Assembly (NCBI GenBank): GCA_023386365.1
Contig: JAEWJX010000079.1
Span: 3,179 to 67,178 of the forward strand
Reading direction: 5' to 3'
Origin: Actinomycetes bacterium
Lineage (GTDB): Bacteria > Actinomycetota > Actinomycetes > Actinomycetales > Microbacteriaceae
Length of the DNA stretch: 64,000 nucleotides
Below the pieces are notes generated by a model. That model was not told the origin of the DNA, made no database searches, and was given only the letters and a program-made list of their open reading frames with translations. Numbering within the stretch: the stretch's first letter is position 1; each line of letters opens with the position of its first letter. The translations under genes were made by a program, and so were the position numbers. Positions 54,756-63,550 of this stretch are shown here, one piece after another.

Positions 54756-55676
54756 ATGACACCCCCGTCGAAGTCCTCCGCCGAACAGTACGTCAGCGTC
54801 GGCGGACATCGGCTGCGGCTCACGAGTCTTGACAAGGTGCTCTACCCCGAGACCGGGACCACCAAGGCGGAGGTCATCGACTACTACTCGAGGGTCGCGG
54901 ATGCGCTGATCCCCCACGCCCGCGACCGCGCCGCCACCCGCAAGCGGTGGGTTTCGGGCGTCGGCACCGCCGACAAGCCGGGCCAGGTGTTCTTCGAGAA
55001 GAACCTGCCCGACTCGGCGCCGTCCTGGGTGGCCCGACGCGACATCCAGCACTCGGACCACGTCAACACGTACCCGCTGGTCAACGACCTCCCCACCCTC
55101 ATCTGGATCGCGCAGCAGAACGCCCTCGAGGTCCATGTGCCGCAATGGCGCTTCGGCCGCAACGGCGCCCGGAAGAACCCTGACCGCATGGTGCTCGACC
55201 TCGACCCCGGCGAGGGCGCCGGACTCGCGGAATGCGTCGAGGTCGCCAAACTGGTGCGCGCCATCCTGCGCGACATCGGACTCGACCCCCTGCCTGTCAC
55301 CAGCGGCAGCAAAGGCATCCACCTGTATGCCGCCCTCGACGGACGCCAATCGAGCGACGAGGTGTCGGCGGTCGCCCACGAGTTGGCGAGATCTCTCGAA
55401 GCCGACCACCCCGACCTCGTGGTCAGCGACATGAAGAAAGCGGATCGCGTCGGCAAGGTCCTGCTCGACTGGAGCCAGAACAACGGCAGCAAGACCACGA
55501 TCGTGCCGTACTCCCTCCGCGGGCGGCTGCGCCCCACCGTGGCGGCGCCGCGCACCTGGCGCGAACTGCTGGCGCCCGGGCTGCGTCAGCTGGAGTTCAC
55601 CGAGGTGCTGGAACGCCTGCGGAAGAAGGGAGACCCGCTCGCCGAACTCTCGGCGAGCCATCCACCTGGGCGGTGA
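54756..55676 (+). CDS. ligD: LigD polymerase/primase domain protein (stand-alone)
   Basis: Internal ATG (MTPPSKSSAEQYVSVGGHRLRLTSLDKVLYPETGTTKAEVIDYY). Motifs DRMVLDLDP, SGSKGIHLY and DWSQN. Confidence 0.85.
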   Translation: MTPPSKSSAEQYVSVGGHRLRLTSLDKVLYPETGTTKAEVIDYYSRVADALIPHARDRAATRKRWVSGVGTADKPGQVFFEKNLPDSAPSWVARRDIQHSDHVNTYPLVNDLPTLIWIAQQNALEVHVPQWRFGRNGARKNPDRMVLDLDPGEGAGLAECVEVAKLVRAILRDIGLDPLPVTSGSKGIHLYAALDGRQSSDEVSAVAHELARSLEADHPDLVVSDMKKADRVGKVLLDWSQNNGSKTTIVPYSLRGRLRPTVAAPRTWRELLAPGLRQLEFTEVLERLRKKGDPLAELSASHPPGR

Positions 55677-55677
55677 G

Positions 55678-57222
55678 GTGGACGAGCGTCTGAGCACCTA
55701 CCGCTCGATGCGCGACGGCGCGAAGACACCGGAACCGATGGGCGGAACCGGCTCCGAGGGTTCCGACTCGCCCATGTTCGTCATCCAGGAGCACCACGCC
55801 ACCCGCCTGCATCACGACTTCCGGCTCGAGCGTGACGGGGTGCTCGTGTCGTGGGCGCTCCCCAAAGGTCTCCCCACCGACCCCGGCGTCAACCATCTGG
55901 CGGTGCAGACCGAGGATCACCCGATCGAGTACGGCTCGTTCGAGGGGACCATCCCGAAAGGCGAATACGGCGCCGGCACCGTGACGATCTGGGACACCGG
56001 CACCTACGAGCTCGAGAAGTGGCGCGAGGGCAAGGAGGTCATCGCGACCATTCACGGGAAGAACCACGGATCGCACCGCCTCGCGCTCATCCGCACCGGA
56101 GGCGACGACGAGAAGTCGACCTGGCTCATCCACCTGATGAAAGACCAGACCCCGCATCCGGAGCACGACGGGTCGGAGCCGTACCGCAAGCCGCTGTCCA
56201 CCTCGCCCGGAAGGGGGCTCCGGCGCGGCAAGACCGTCGTCGGCTCGCGGCGGACGGCGGGGGTCATCCACCCGATGCTGGCCACCTCCGCTGAGCCGTC
56301 GGAACTACGCGACCGCAGCGGATGGCGCTACGAGATGAAATGGGACGGCTTCCGCGCGATCGCCCGCATCACCGGCGACGAGGTGACTTTCACCTCGCGC
56401 AACGGCCTCGACCTGACACCCACCTATCCGGAGCTGACGGCACTCGCCGGCGCCGTACGCGGGGATGCGGTGCTCGACGGTGAGATCGTCGCCCCGGACG
56501 AGAACGGTGTGCCCCGCTTCGCGCGGATGCAGCAACGTGCCGGCCTCACCTCGCCGCGCGACGTGGATCGCGCGCGCCGGGCAGTCCCCGTGAAGCTCTA
56601 CCTTTTCGACCTGCTCGAAGTGGACGGCGAATCCCTCGCCGCTCTGCCCTACAGCGAGCGTCGTGCCCGCCTCCAGAAGCTCGTGAAACCGGGCGAGCAT
56701 GTGGTCGTCCCGCCGGACGCGGGTGACGATCTCGACGCGGCGCTCGCCACCAGTCTCGAACTGGGACTCGAGGGCGTGATGGCGAAACGTGTCGACTCGC
56801 CGTACCGGCTCGGGCGCCGCAGTCGCGACTGGCTGAAACTCAAACACACGCTCACCCAGGAGGTCGTGGTCGGCGGATGGCGGCGCGGCAACGGAGCACG
56901 CGCCGACACGGTCGGATCGCTGCTCGTCGGCGTGCCCGACGGCGGCGTCCTGCGCTACGCGGGCCGGGTGGGGTCGGGGTTCAGCGACCGCGACCTCGAC
57001 CGGCTGCGCGAGCGGATGGACTCCCTCGCCACCCCGCAGCCGCAGCTCGTCGGCGTGCCCCGGGAAGACGCGCGCGACGCATCCTGGGTCGTCCCGGAGC
57101 TCGTGGGTGAGGTCGAGTACGGCGAGGTCACCCCCGACGGCCGCCTGCGTCACCCGGTGTGGCGCGGATGGCGTCCCGACAAGTCCCCCTCGGAGGTGCG
57201 CTGGGAGCGCACAATGGACTGA
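55678..57222 (+). CDS. ligD: LigD 3'-phosphoesterase plus ATP-dependent DNA ligase domains
   Basis: PE domain: FVIQEHHATRLHHDFRLE, HPIEYGSFEGTIPKGEYGAG. Ligase domain: YEMKWDGFRA (motif I Lys), GEIV, EGVMAK, WLKLK. The GTG start is 1 nt after the Pol-gene stop, in a different frame. Confidence 0.85.
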   Translation: MDERLSTYRSMRDGAKTPEPMGGTGSEGSDSPMFVIQEHHATRLHHDFRLERDGVLVSWALPKGLPTDPGVNHLAVQTEDHPIEYGSFEGTIPKGEYGAGTVTIWDTGTYELEKWREGKEVIATIHGKNHGSHRLALIRTGGDDEKSTWLIHLMKDQTPHPEHDGSEPYRKPLSTSPGRGLRRGKTVVGSRRTAGVIHPMLATSAEPSELRDRSGWRYEMKWDGFRAIARITGDEVTFTSRNGLDLTPTYPELTALAGAVRGDAVLDGEIVAPDENGVPRFARMQQRAGLTSPRDVDRARRAVPVKLYLFDLLEVDGESLAALPYSERRARLQKLVKPGEHVVVPPDAGDDLDAALATSLELGLEGVMAKRVDSPYRLGRRSRDWLKLKHTLTQEVVVGGWRRGNGARADTVGSLLVGVPDGGVLRYAGRVGSGFSDRDLDRLRERMDSLATPQPQLVGVPREDARDASWVVPELVGEVEYGEVTPDGRLRHPVWRGWRPDKSPSEVRWERTMD

Positions 57223-57237
57223 GGAGAGGAGCTTCGC

Positions 57238-57402
57238 ATGGACCGCGACACCATCGACTACGAACCGAACTCCGACGACGAGCGTCCGGTGCAGCTCGAC
57301 GAGGACGAGCCGTCGCCTCCCCCCACCCTCGACCCCGAGGAACGGGTCGAAGAGGAGGGTGACGACGACCCCGGTCTCGACGACGAGCGCGTCGTCGAGT
57401 AG
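57238..57402 (+). CDS. Candidate 54-aa highly acidic micro-protein
   Basis: Below the ORF-track length cut-off. ATG lies 7 nt after GAGGAGAGGAG and 15 nt after the ligD stop. MDRDTIDYEPNSDDERPVQLDEDEPSPPPTLDPEERVEEEGDDDPGLDDERVVE has 24 Asp/Glu against 4 Arg, with G/C third positions throughout. Confidence 0.45.
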   Translation: MDRDTIDYEPNSDDERPVQLDEDEPSPPPTLDPEERVEEEGDDDPGLDDERVVE

Positions 57403-57405
57403 CCG

Positions 57406-58947
57406 CTACTCGACGATCTTGCCGACCACCACCGGGATGGTGGCGGTGACCGGCACGATCCCCGACAGGCGCTCCGGCGCGAGAACCCGCGCCACCTCGT
57501 CGGAGGTCATCAGCCCGCGCCCCACGACCAGGTCCGCGATCGACGCGTTCGTGGTGAGGGCGGTGTGCGCGAGCGCCGCCGACTCGGTGTACCCGATGTA
57601 CGGCGTGAGAGCGGTGACGACGCCCACGCTCGACGCCACCTGGCCGGCCAGGCGCGCCTCGTTGGCGGTGATGCCGTCGACGCAGTTGATGCGCAGCGTG
57701 CGGCACGCGTTCGTCATCCAGGCGAGCGACTGCAGGATCGAGTGCGCGATCACCGGCTCGAAGGCGTTGAGCTGCAGCTGCCCCGCCTCGGCCGCCGCCG
57801 TCACCGTCGCATCCGCCCCGATGACGCTGAAGGCGACCTGGTTCACCACTTCCGGGATCACCGGGTTCACCTTGCCGGGCATGATCGACGACCCCGCCTG
57901 GCGCGCCGGAAGGCTGATCTCGCCGAGGCCCGCCTGCGGTCCGCTGGACAGCAGCCGCAGGTCGTTGCAGATCTTCGAGAGCTTCACGGCCGCCCGCTTC
58001 AATGTCCCCGACAGCGTCATGAAGATGCCGGCATCCGCGGTCGCCTCGATGAGGTCGGGAGCCGTCTCCTGCGGGATGCCGGTGACCTCCTCGAGGTGGC
58101 GACGCACCGCCTCCGCGTAGCGCGGGTCCGCGGTGATGCCCGTGCCGATCGCCGTCGCACCGAGGTTGATCTCATTCAGCCACGGGACCACTTCGGAGAG
58201 GCGGTCGAAGTCTTCTGCGAGGGTCGTCGCGAACCCCGCGAACTCCTGCCCGAGCGTCATCGGCACCGCGTCCTGCAGCTGGGTGCGCCCGACCTTCAGC
58301 ACGTGGGCGAACTCGTGCCCCTTGGTGCGGAAACTGGCGGTGAGTCGCGCGTGCTCCTCGAGGAGACGCTGCACACCGAACACCATCGCGAGTTTGATGG
58401 CCGTCGGGTAGACATCATTGGTCGACTGGCTGCGGTTGACGTCGTCGATCGGGTGGAGGTGCCCGTAGGCGCCTTTCTCGAAACCGAGCGCCTCGAGGGC
58501 CGCATTCGCGATCACCTCGTTGGTGTTCATGTTGGTGCTGGTGCCGGCACCGCCCTGGATGACGCCGACCACGAACTGATCGTGCAGCTCCCCCGCGACG
58601 ATCCGCTCGCAGACGGCGTCGATCGCATCCGCCTTCACCGGGTCGAGCACGCCCAGTTCCTTGTTGGCGCGCGCCGCGGCCTGCTTCACGCGGGCCAACG
58701 CGCGGACGAGGTCGGGATAGTTCGAGATCGCCCGTCGCGTGATCGGGAAGTTCACCAGCGCGCGCGCCGTGTGAACCCCCCAGTAGACGTTCGCGGGGAT
58801 CTCGAGGCTGCCGAGCGAGTCGGTCTCGGTTCGGGTGGGGCCGGCGCCGGTGAGCAGATCCCGGGCGCTCGACGGCCCGGTGGTGACGTGATGTTCGTCA
58901 CCCTCGATGAACTGCTCGGAGGCGATCAGACCGGTCGTGTCGGACAT
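57406..58947 (-). CDS. aspA: Aspartate ammonia-lyase
   Basis: TETDSLGSLEIPANVYWGVHTARALVNFPI and GSSIMPGKVNPVIPE (lyase signature, AspA-type PVIPE). ATG 58947 sits 7 nt after AAGGAG and is preferred to the track GTG at 58950. Confidence 0.85.
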   Translation of the reverse strand: MSDTTGLIASEQFIEGDEHHVTTGPSSARDLLTGAGPTRTETDSLGSLEIPANVYWGVHTARALVNFPITRRAISNYPDLVRALARVKQAAARANKELGVLDPVKADAIDAVCERIVAGELHDQFVVGVIQGGAGTSTNMNTNEVIANAALEALGFEKGAYGHLHPIDDVNRSQSTNDVYPTAIKLAMVFGVQRLLEEHARLTASFRTKGHEFAHVLKVGRTQLQDAVPMTLGQEFAGFATTLAEDFDRLSEVVPWLNEINLGATAIGTGITADPRYAEAVRRHLEEVTGIPQETAPDLIEATADAGIFMTLSGTLKRAAVKLSKICNDLRLLSSGPQAGLGEISLPARQAGSSIMPGKVNPVIPEVVNQVAFSVIGADATVTAAAEAGQLQLNAFEPVIAHSILQSLAWMTNACRTLRINCVDGITANEARLAGQVASSVGVVTALTPYIGYTESAALAHTALTTNASIADLVVGRGLMTSDEVARVLAPERLSGIVPVTATIPVVVGKIVE

Positions 58948-58990
58948 CACACATCTCCTTCGATGGGGTGTGATGCGAGTCTATGACGAG

Positions 58991-59209
58991 TCAGCGCGTG
59001 AAGATCGTGATGAGGTGGTCGCCCACGATCACGTACAGCCCGAACAGCACCAGCAGGCCGCAGAGCACGAACATCACCACCGAGACGGGACGACGCCAGC
59101 GGGCCTCACCGTCGGCCATCCGCAGGCCAAGCGAGAACAGGACGACGCCCACGCACGCCGAGACGAGCGACGCGAGGAACACCGCCACGAAGGAGCCCCA
59201 CTCGATCAT
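58991..59209 (-). CDS. Small two-TM membrane protein coupled to pit
   Basis: 72 aa from the internal ATG (MIEWGSFVAVFLASLVSACVGVVLFSLGL...). ATGA overlap with the pit stop. Confidence 0.5.
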   Translation of the reverse strand: MIEWGSFVAVFLASLVSACVGVVLFSLGLRMADGEARWRRPVSVVMFVLCGLLVLFGLYVIVGDHLITIFTR

Positions 59210-60348
59210 CGGCGTGCCTTCCGTCGCTTCGGCCGCACGAAGACGCCCGGTTCGGGTTGATGCAGGTTGCGGTGGTCGACCTGGCTGCGACGCGACCAGA
59301 GGAAGATGCCGGTGATCGCGGTGACGGCGAGGGCGACATCGATGATGACGCCCCAGGTGCCGAACGACGCGATGAACGCCGCGAGGGCCCCGACGGCACC
59401 CGCTGCGGGGATCGTGATCAGCCAGCCGAGGCCGATGCGGCCGGCGGTGCGCCACCGCACCGACGCACCCTTGCGCCCGATGCCGGTGCCGATCACCGAG
59501 CCCGACGCGACCTGCGTGGTGGACAACGCGAACCCGAGGTGGCTCGACGCGAGGATCGTGGCGGTCGTGGCGGCCTCGGCGGCGAACCCCTGAGCGGGCT
59601 CGACCTCGGTGATGCCGCGTCCCATGGTGCGGATGATGCGCCAGCCGCCCGAGTAGGTGCCGGCGGCGATCGCGATGGCACAGGACGCGATCACCCAGAA
59701 CTCGGGGCCACTGCCCGGCTCCTGGAATCCGGCTGCGATCAGGGTGAGCGTGATCACACCCATCGTCTTCTGGGCGTCGTTGGTGCCGTGGGCCAGCGAC
59801 ACCAGGCTGGAGGTGAAGATCTGGCCCTTCTTGAATCCGTCGCGCTCCCGCTTGCGGGTGATCGCGAACGCGAGCTTCGTGGCCAGGAACGAGACGAAAC
59901 CGGCGGTGAGCGGGGCGAGGATCGCGGGGATCAGGATCTTCGACACCAGCACCCCGCCGTCGATCGCCGCGAGGCCGGCTCCCACGATCGTCGCGCCGAT
60001 CAGGCCACCGAACAGAGCGTGGCTCGAGGATGACGGAAGCCCCAGAAGCCAGGTGATCAGGTTCCAGACGATCGCACCGATCAGCCCGGCGAGGATGAGG
60101 ACCGGGGTGATCTGCACCCCGTCATCTCCCTCTTTGATCAGGCCGCCCGAGATGGTCTTGGCGACCTCGGTGCTGAGGAACGCCCCGACGAGGTTGAGGA
60201 CCGCCGCGATGGCGACAGCGACCTTCGGTTTGAGGGCACCGGTCGCGATGGGGGTGGCCATCGCGTTGGCCGTGTCATGAAAGCCGTTGGTGAAATCGAA
60301 GAACAAGGCCAGCGCGATGACGAGCGCGACCAGAATCAGGGGGTCCAC
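59206..60348 (-). CDS. pit: PiT-family inorganic phosphate transporter
   Basis: FDFTNGFHDTANAMATPI and SLAHGTNDAQKTMG repeats. The track start is TTG 60357. GTG 60348 lies 9 nt after GAGGA and is preferred. Confidence 0.85.
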   Translation of the reverse strand: MDPLILVALVIALALFFDFTNGFHDTANAMATPIATGALKPKVAVAIAAVLNLVGAFLSTEVAKTISGGLIKEGDDGVQITPVLILAGLIGAIVWNLITWLLGLPSSSSHALFGGLIGATIVGAGLAAIDGGVLVSKILIPAILAPLTAGFVSFLATKLAFAITRKRERDGFKKGQIFTSSLVSLAHGTNDAQKTMGVITLTLIAAGFQEPGSGPEFWVIASCAIAIAAGTYSGGWRIIRTMGRGITEVEPAQGFAAEAATTATILASSHLGFALSTTQVASGSVIGTGIGRKGASVRWRTAGRIGLGWLITIPAAGAVGALAAFIASFGTWGVIIDVALAVTAITGIFLWSRRSQVDHRNLHQPEPGVFVRPKRRKARR

Positions 60349-60387
60349 TGGGGGCAATCCTCACACGTCGGAGAACGTCGGGCAACT

Positions 60388-60409
60388 CGCAGGTGAACGC
60401 CCGGTGAAC
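60388..60409 (-). promoter_or_regulatory. Candidate PHO box (two 11-nt PhoP direct-repeat units)
   Basis: Minus strand reads GTTCACCgggc GTTCACCtgcg: identical GTTCACC cores exactly 11 nt apart, 40-61 nt upstream of the pit start. Confidence 0.5.
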
Positions 60410-60541
60410 GGGGTACAGATCACCCGCGGATCGGGTGGCAGACAGCGCCGAAACCCCCGGAATGGGGAATGGAGGCGGTCTGCGGACGCCCCCTAGCATC
60501 CGGATCAGGGGTCGGACCCGGACCGACAGGAGAAGCAGCGC

Positions 60542-60865
60542 GTGCGCTCGAAGAGAGTGCTGGGCGCGATCGCGCTCATCGCGATCGTCGTCGCAGCGAT
60601 CAGTTTCGCCGTGGTCGATGTGTCGACCTCGGCAGCGAGCGGCTGCCTCGACTCGGTCGCGCCCTGCACCGAGAAGCAGGTACCTCCGATGGCCGTGATC
60701 GCCGCGGTGATCGGGGCGATCGCCCTCATCGCCGCCGTCATCCCGACGGTCACCTGGCTCGTGCACGCGTTCTCGTCGCAGCACGCCGCCAAGCACACGG
60801 ATGTGGACTATTCGCGACTCCCCACCGCGCCGGTGCGCGACGAGGACGAGTTCACAGTCGGTTGA
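60542..60865 (+). CDS. Small two-TM membrane protein with internally repeated helix
   Basis: GTG start 8 nt after AGGAGA. Helices VLGAIALIAIVVAA and VIGAIALIAAVIPT, CxxxxxC between them, acidic tail. 14-nt convergent overlap with the helicase gene. Confidence 0.5.
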   Translation: MRSKRVLGAIALIAIVVAAISFAVVDVSTSAASGCLDSVAPCTEKQVPPMAVIAAVIGAIALIAAVIPTVTWLVHAFSSQHAAKHTDVDYSRLPTAPVRDEDEFTVG

Positions 60866-63395
60866 GGCCGGCCACCCGCACCACCGCCGCACCCTCGGCA
60901 CGTGACGCGTCGAGATCGACGGTCGCGTCGATCCCCCAATCGTGGTCGCCTGCCGGGTCGTCGATGATCTGACGCACCTGCCAGGCGTCCGAGGTCTCGC
61001 GGATGATCAGGCGGGCGGCGCTGCGCGCATCCGCGGCCGTACCGATGGAGTCGTGTTCGGCGTAGTAGTCGTCGAGCGCGTCGGGCCACCCCGCGTCCGG
61101 GTCGAGGGCGACGAGGTCGTCATCGGCCTGCCGCGCGGCCAGTTGGACCCTCCGCCACAGTTCGTTCCGCACCAGCACCAGGAAGGCGCGACGGTTCGTG
61201 ACGACATCCGACGGTGCGGGCGGGACGACCGGTGCCGACCCGGGTTCCGACGTGGGGTCGGCGAGGGCTGCCCACTCGGCGAGAAGGCTCGAGTCAACCT
61301 GGCGCACCAACTCCCCCAGCCACTCGACGATGTCGCGCAGCTCGTCCGATTTCGCCTCGTCGGGGATCGTCTGGCGCGCCGCACGGTAGGCGTCGCTCAG
61401 GTACCGCAGCACGAGCCCCTCACTGCGCCCCAACTGGTACGACGAGACGAACTCGGAGAACGTCATCGCGCGCTCGTACATGTCGCGGACCACCGACTTC
61501 GGTCGAAGCTCGAAGTCGCGGATCCACGGCTGGCTCGACGCGAAGGTCTCGTACGCCTCCGAGAGCAGCTCCTCCAGAGGCTTGGGCCACGTGACCTCCT
61601 CGAGAAGCTCCATCCGCTCGTCGTACTCAATCCCCTCCGCCTTCATCGCGGCGACCGCCTCGCCGCGCGCACGGAACTGCTGCTGAGAGAGCACGGGTCG
61701 CGGATCGTCGAGGGTCGCCTCGATCACGCTCACCGCATCGAGGGCGTAGCTCGGCGAGGTGTCGTCGAGGAGCTCGAGTGCCGCCAGGGCGAACGGCGAC
61801 AGCGGCTGGTTGAGCGCGAAATCGGACTGGAGCTCCACGGTCAGGCGGATGCGGGCATCCATCCCGAAGCCACCGCCGCGCTGCTCCACGACGCCCGCGG
61901 TCCGCAGGGTGCGGTAGAGCGCGATCCCACGCCGGGCGAGGGCCGCGCGGTGCGCCGGCGGTTCGTGGTTGTCGGTGACGACCGCCCGCACCACCTGGAA
62001 CGCGCTGCGCGGATCGGATGCGGGGGCGTCGGCCCCCGCCCGGCTGATGAGTTGGAGCAGCATCGCTGCCGTGACCCGCATCGAACTCGCCAGCGGCTCG
62101 GGCTCAGCGGCGATGAGACGTTCGAAGCTCGCGGGTCCCCAGTTGACGAAGCCGTCGGGGGCCCGCTTCTTCACGATCTTGCGGCGCGCCTTCGGGTCGT
62201 CGCCGGCCTTCGCGACGGCGCGCGCGTTGTCGATCTCGTGCTCGGGGGCGAGCGCCACCACCTCGCCCTCGGTGTCGAACCCGGCGCGACCGGCACGACC
62301 CGCGACCTGGTGGAACTCCCGCGCCGACAGGTGCCGCATCCGGGCGCCGTCGAACTTCGTGAGGCCCGTGAGGAGCACGGTGCGGATGGGCACGTTGATC
62401 CCGACCCCCAGGGTGTCGGTGCCGCAGATCACCCGGAGCAGCCCCTGCTGCGCGAGCTGCTCCACCAGTCGCCGGTACTTGGGCAGCATGCCCGCGTGGT
62501 GCACCCCGATGCCCGACCGCACCAGCCGCGACAGCGTCTGTCCGAAACCGGTCGAGAACCGGAAACCCCCGATGGCCTCCGCGATCGCATCCCGTTGCTC
62601 GCGGCTCGCCACCCGGATGCTCGCCAGGGCCTGAGCGCGCTCCACGGCGGCAGCCTGCGAGAAGTGCACGATGTAAATCGGCGCGAGGCCGTCGGCGAGG
62701 AGCTCCTCGACCGTCTCCTGCACCGGGGTCATGGCGTAGCGGTAGTGCAACGGCACCGGTCGGCTCACGCCGGTGACACGCGCCACCTCGCGGCCGGTGC
62801 GCCGTTCAAGGTCGGAGGCGATGCTCGACACGTCGCCGAGTGTCGCCGACATGAGCACGAAGCGTGCGCGCGGCAGGAGAAGGAGAGGGACCTGCCACGC
62901 CCACCCCCGCTCCGGGTCGGCGTAGAAGTGGAACTCGTCCATCACGACGGAGTCGACGGCGGCATCCGCACCCGAACGCAGCGCGATGTTCGCCAGGATC
63001 TCCGCGGTGCAGCACACGATCGGCGCATCCGGATTGACACTCGAATCGCCGGTGACCATGCCGACGTTCTCGGCGCCGAACAGATGCACCAGGTCGAAGA
63101 ACTTCTCGCTCACGAGAGCCTTGATGGGCGCCGTGTAATACGAGCGGCGCCCCTGCGCGAGAGCGATCGCGTGGGCCGCCACCGCCACCAGCGACTTGCC
63201 GGTACCGGTCGGCGTGCTCAGAACCAGGTGCTTCTCGAGCGCCAGCTCGAGCACCGCCTCCTCCTGCGCGGGGTAGAGCGGAAGGCCGCGACCGCGGGCC
63301 CATTCCTCGAAACCGACCAGAAACGCATCCGGGTCCCACGGTTTCGGAAGGGACGAGACGAGGTCGACAGGGGGCACCTTGAGAGTCTGCCGCAC
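60852..63395 (-). CDS. Ski2-like DEAD/DEAH-box helicase with long C-terminal extension (DUF3516-type)
   Basis: STPTGTGKS (motif I), MDEFH (motif II), SAT, HHAGMLP, GTDTLGVGINVP, QVAGRAGR. About 400 aa of C-terminal region of unknown function. The start is uncertain; alternative GTG at 63377. Confidence 0.85.
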   Translation of the reverse strand: MRQTLKVPPVDLVSSLPKPWDPDAFLVGFEEWARGRGLPLYPAQEEAVLELALEKHLVLSTPTGTGKSLVAVAAHAIALAQGRRSYYTAPIKALVSEKFFDLVHLFGAENVGMVTGDSSVNPDAPIVCCTAEILANIALRSGADAAVDSVVMDEFHFYADPERGWAWQVPLLLLPRARFVLMSATLGDVSSIASDLERRTGREVARVTGVSRPVPLHYRYAMTPVQETVEELLADGLAPIYIVHFSQAAAVERAQALASIRVASREQRDAIAEAIGGFRFSTGFGQTLSRLVRSGIGVHHAGMLPKYRRLVEQLAQQGLLRVICGTDTLGVGINVPIRTVLLTGLTKFDGARMRHLSAREFHQVAGRAGRAGFDTEGEVVALAPEHEIDNARAVAKAGDDPKARRKIVKKRAPDGFVNWGPASFERLIAAEPEPLASSMRVTAAMLLQLISRAGADAPASDPRSAFQVVRAVVTDNHEPPAHRAALARRGIALYRTLRTAGVVEQRGGGFGMDARIRLTVELQSDFALNQPLSPFALAALELLDDTSPSYALDAVSVIEATLDDPRPVLSQQQFRARGEAVAAMKAEGIEYDERMELLEEVTWPKPLEELLSEAYETFASSQPWIRDFELRPKSVVRDMYERAMTFSEFVSSYQLGRSEGLVLRYLSDAYRAARQTIPDEAKSDELRDIVEWLGELVRQVDSSLLAEWAALADPTSEPGSAPVVPPAPSDVVTNRRAFLVLVRNELWRRVQLAARQADDDLVALDPDAGWPDALDDYYAEHDSIGTAADARSAARLIIRETSDAWQVRQIIDDPAGDHDWGIDATVDLDASRAEGAAVVRVAGLNRL

Positions 63396-63550
63396 GCCCG
63401 GTCACCGAGGCCGTGTCCCCAGGCTTGGGGGGAGCCTCCTCCCTATCGGCGCGACTCTGCCCGCCCCTATCATGCAGTCGGGAACATGACGTTTCCGTGG
63501 GGGTTCGCGAACCGCGATCAGCCTGCGGGACGCAGTGAGGAAGGTATCTC

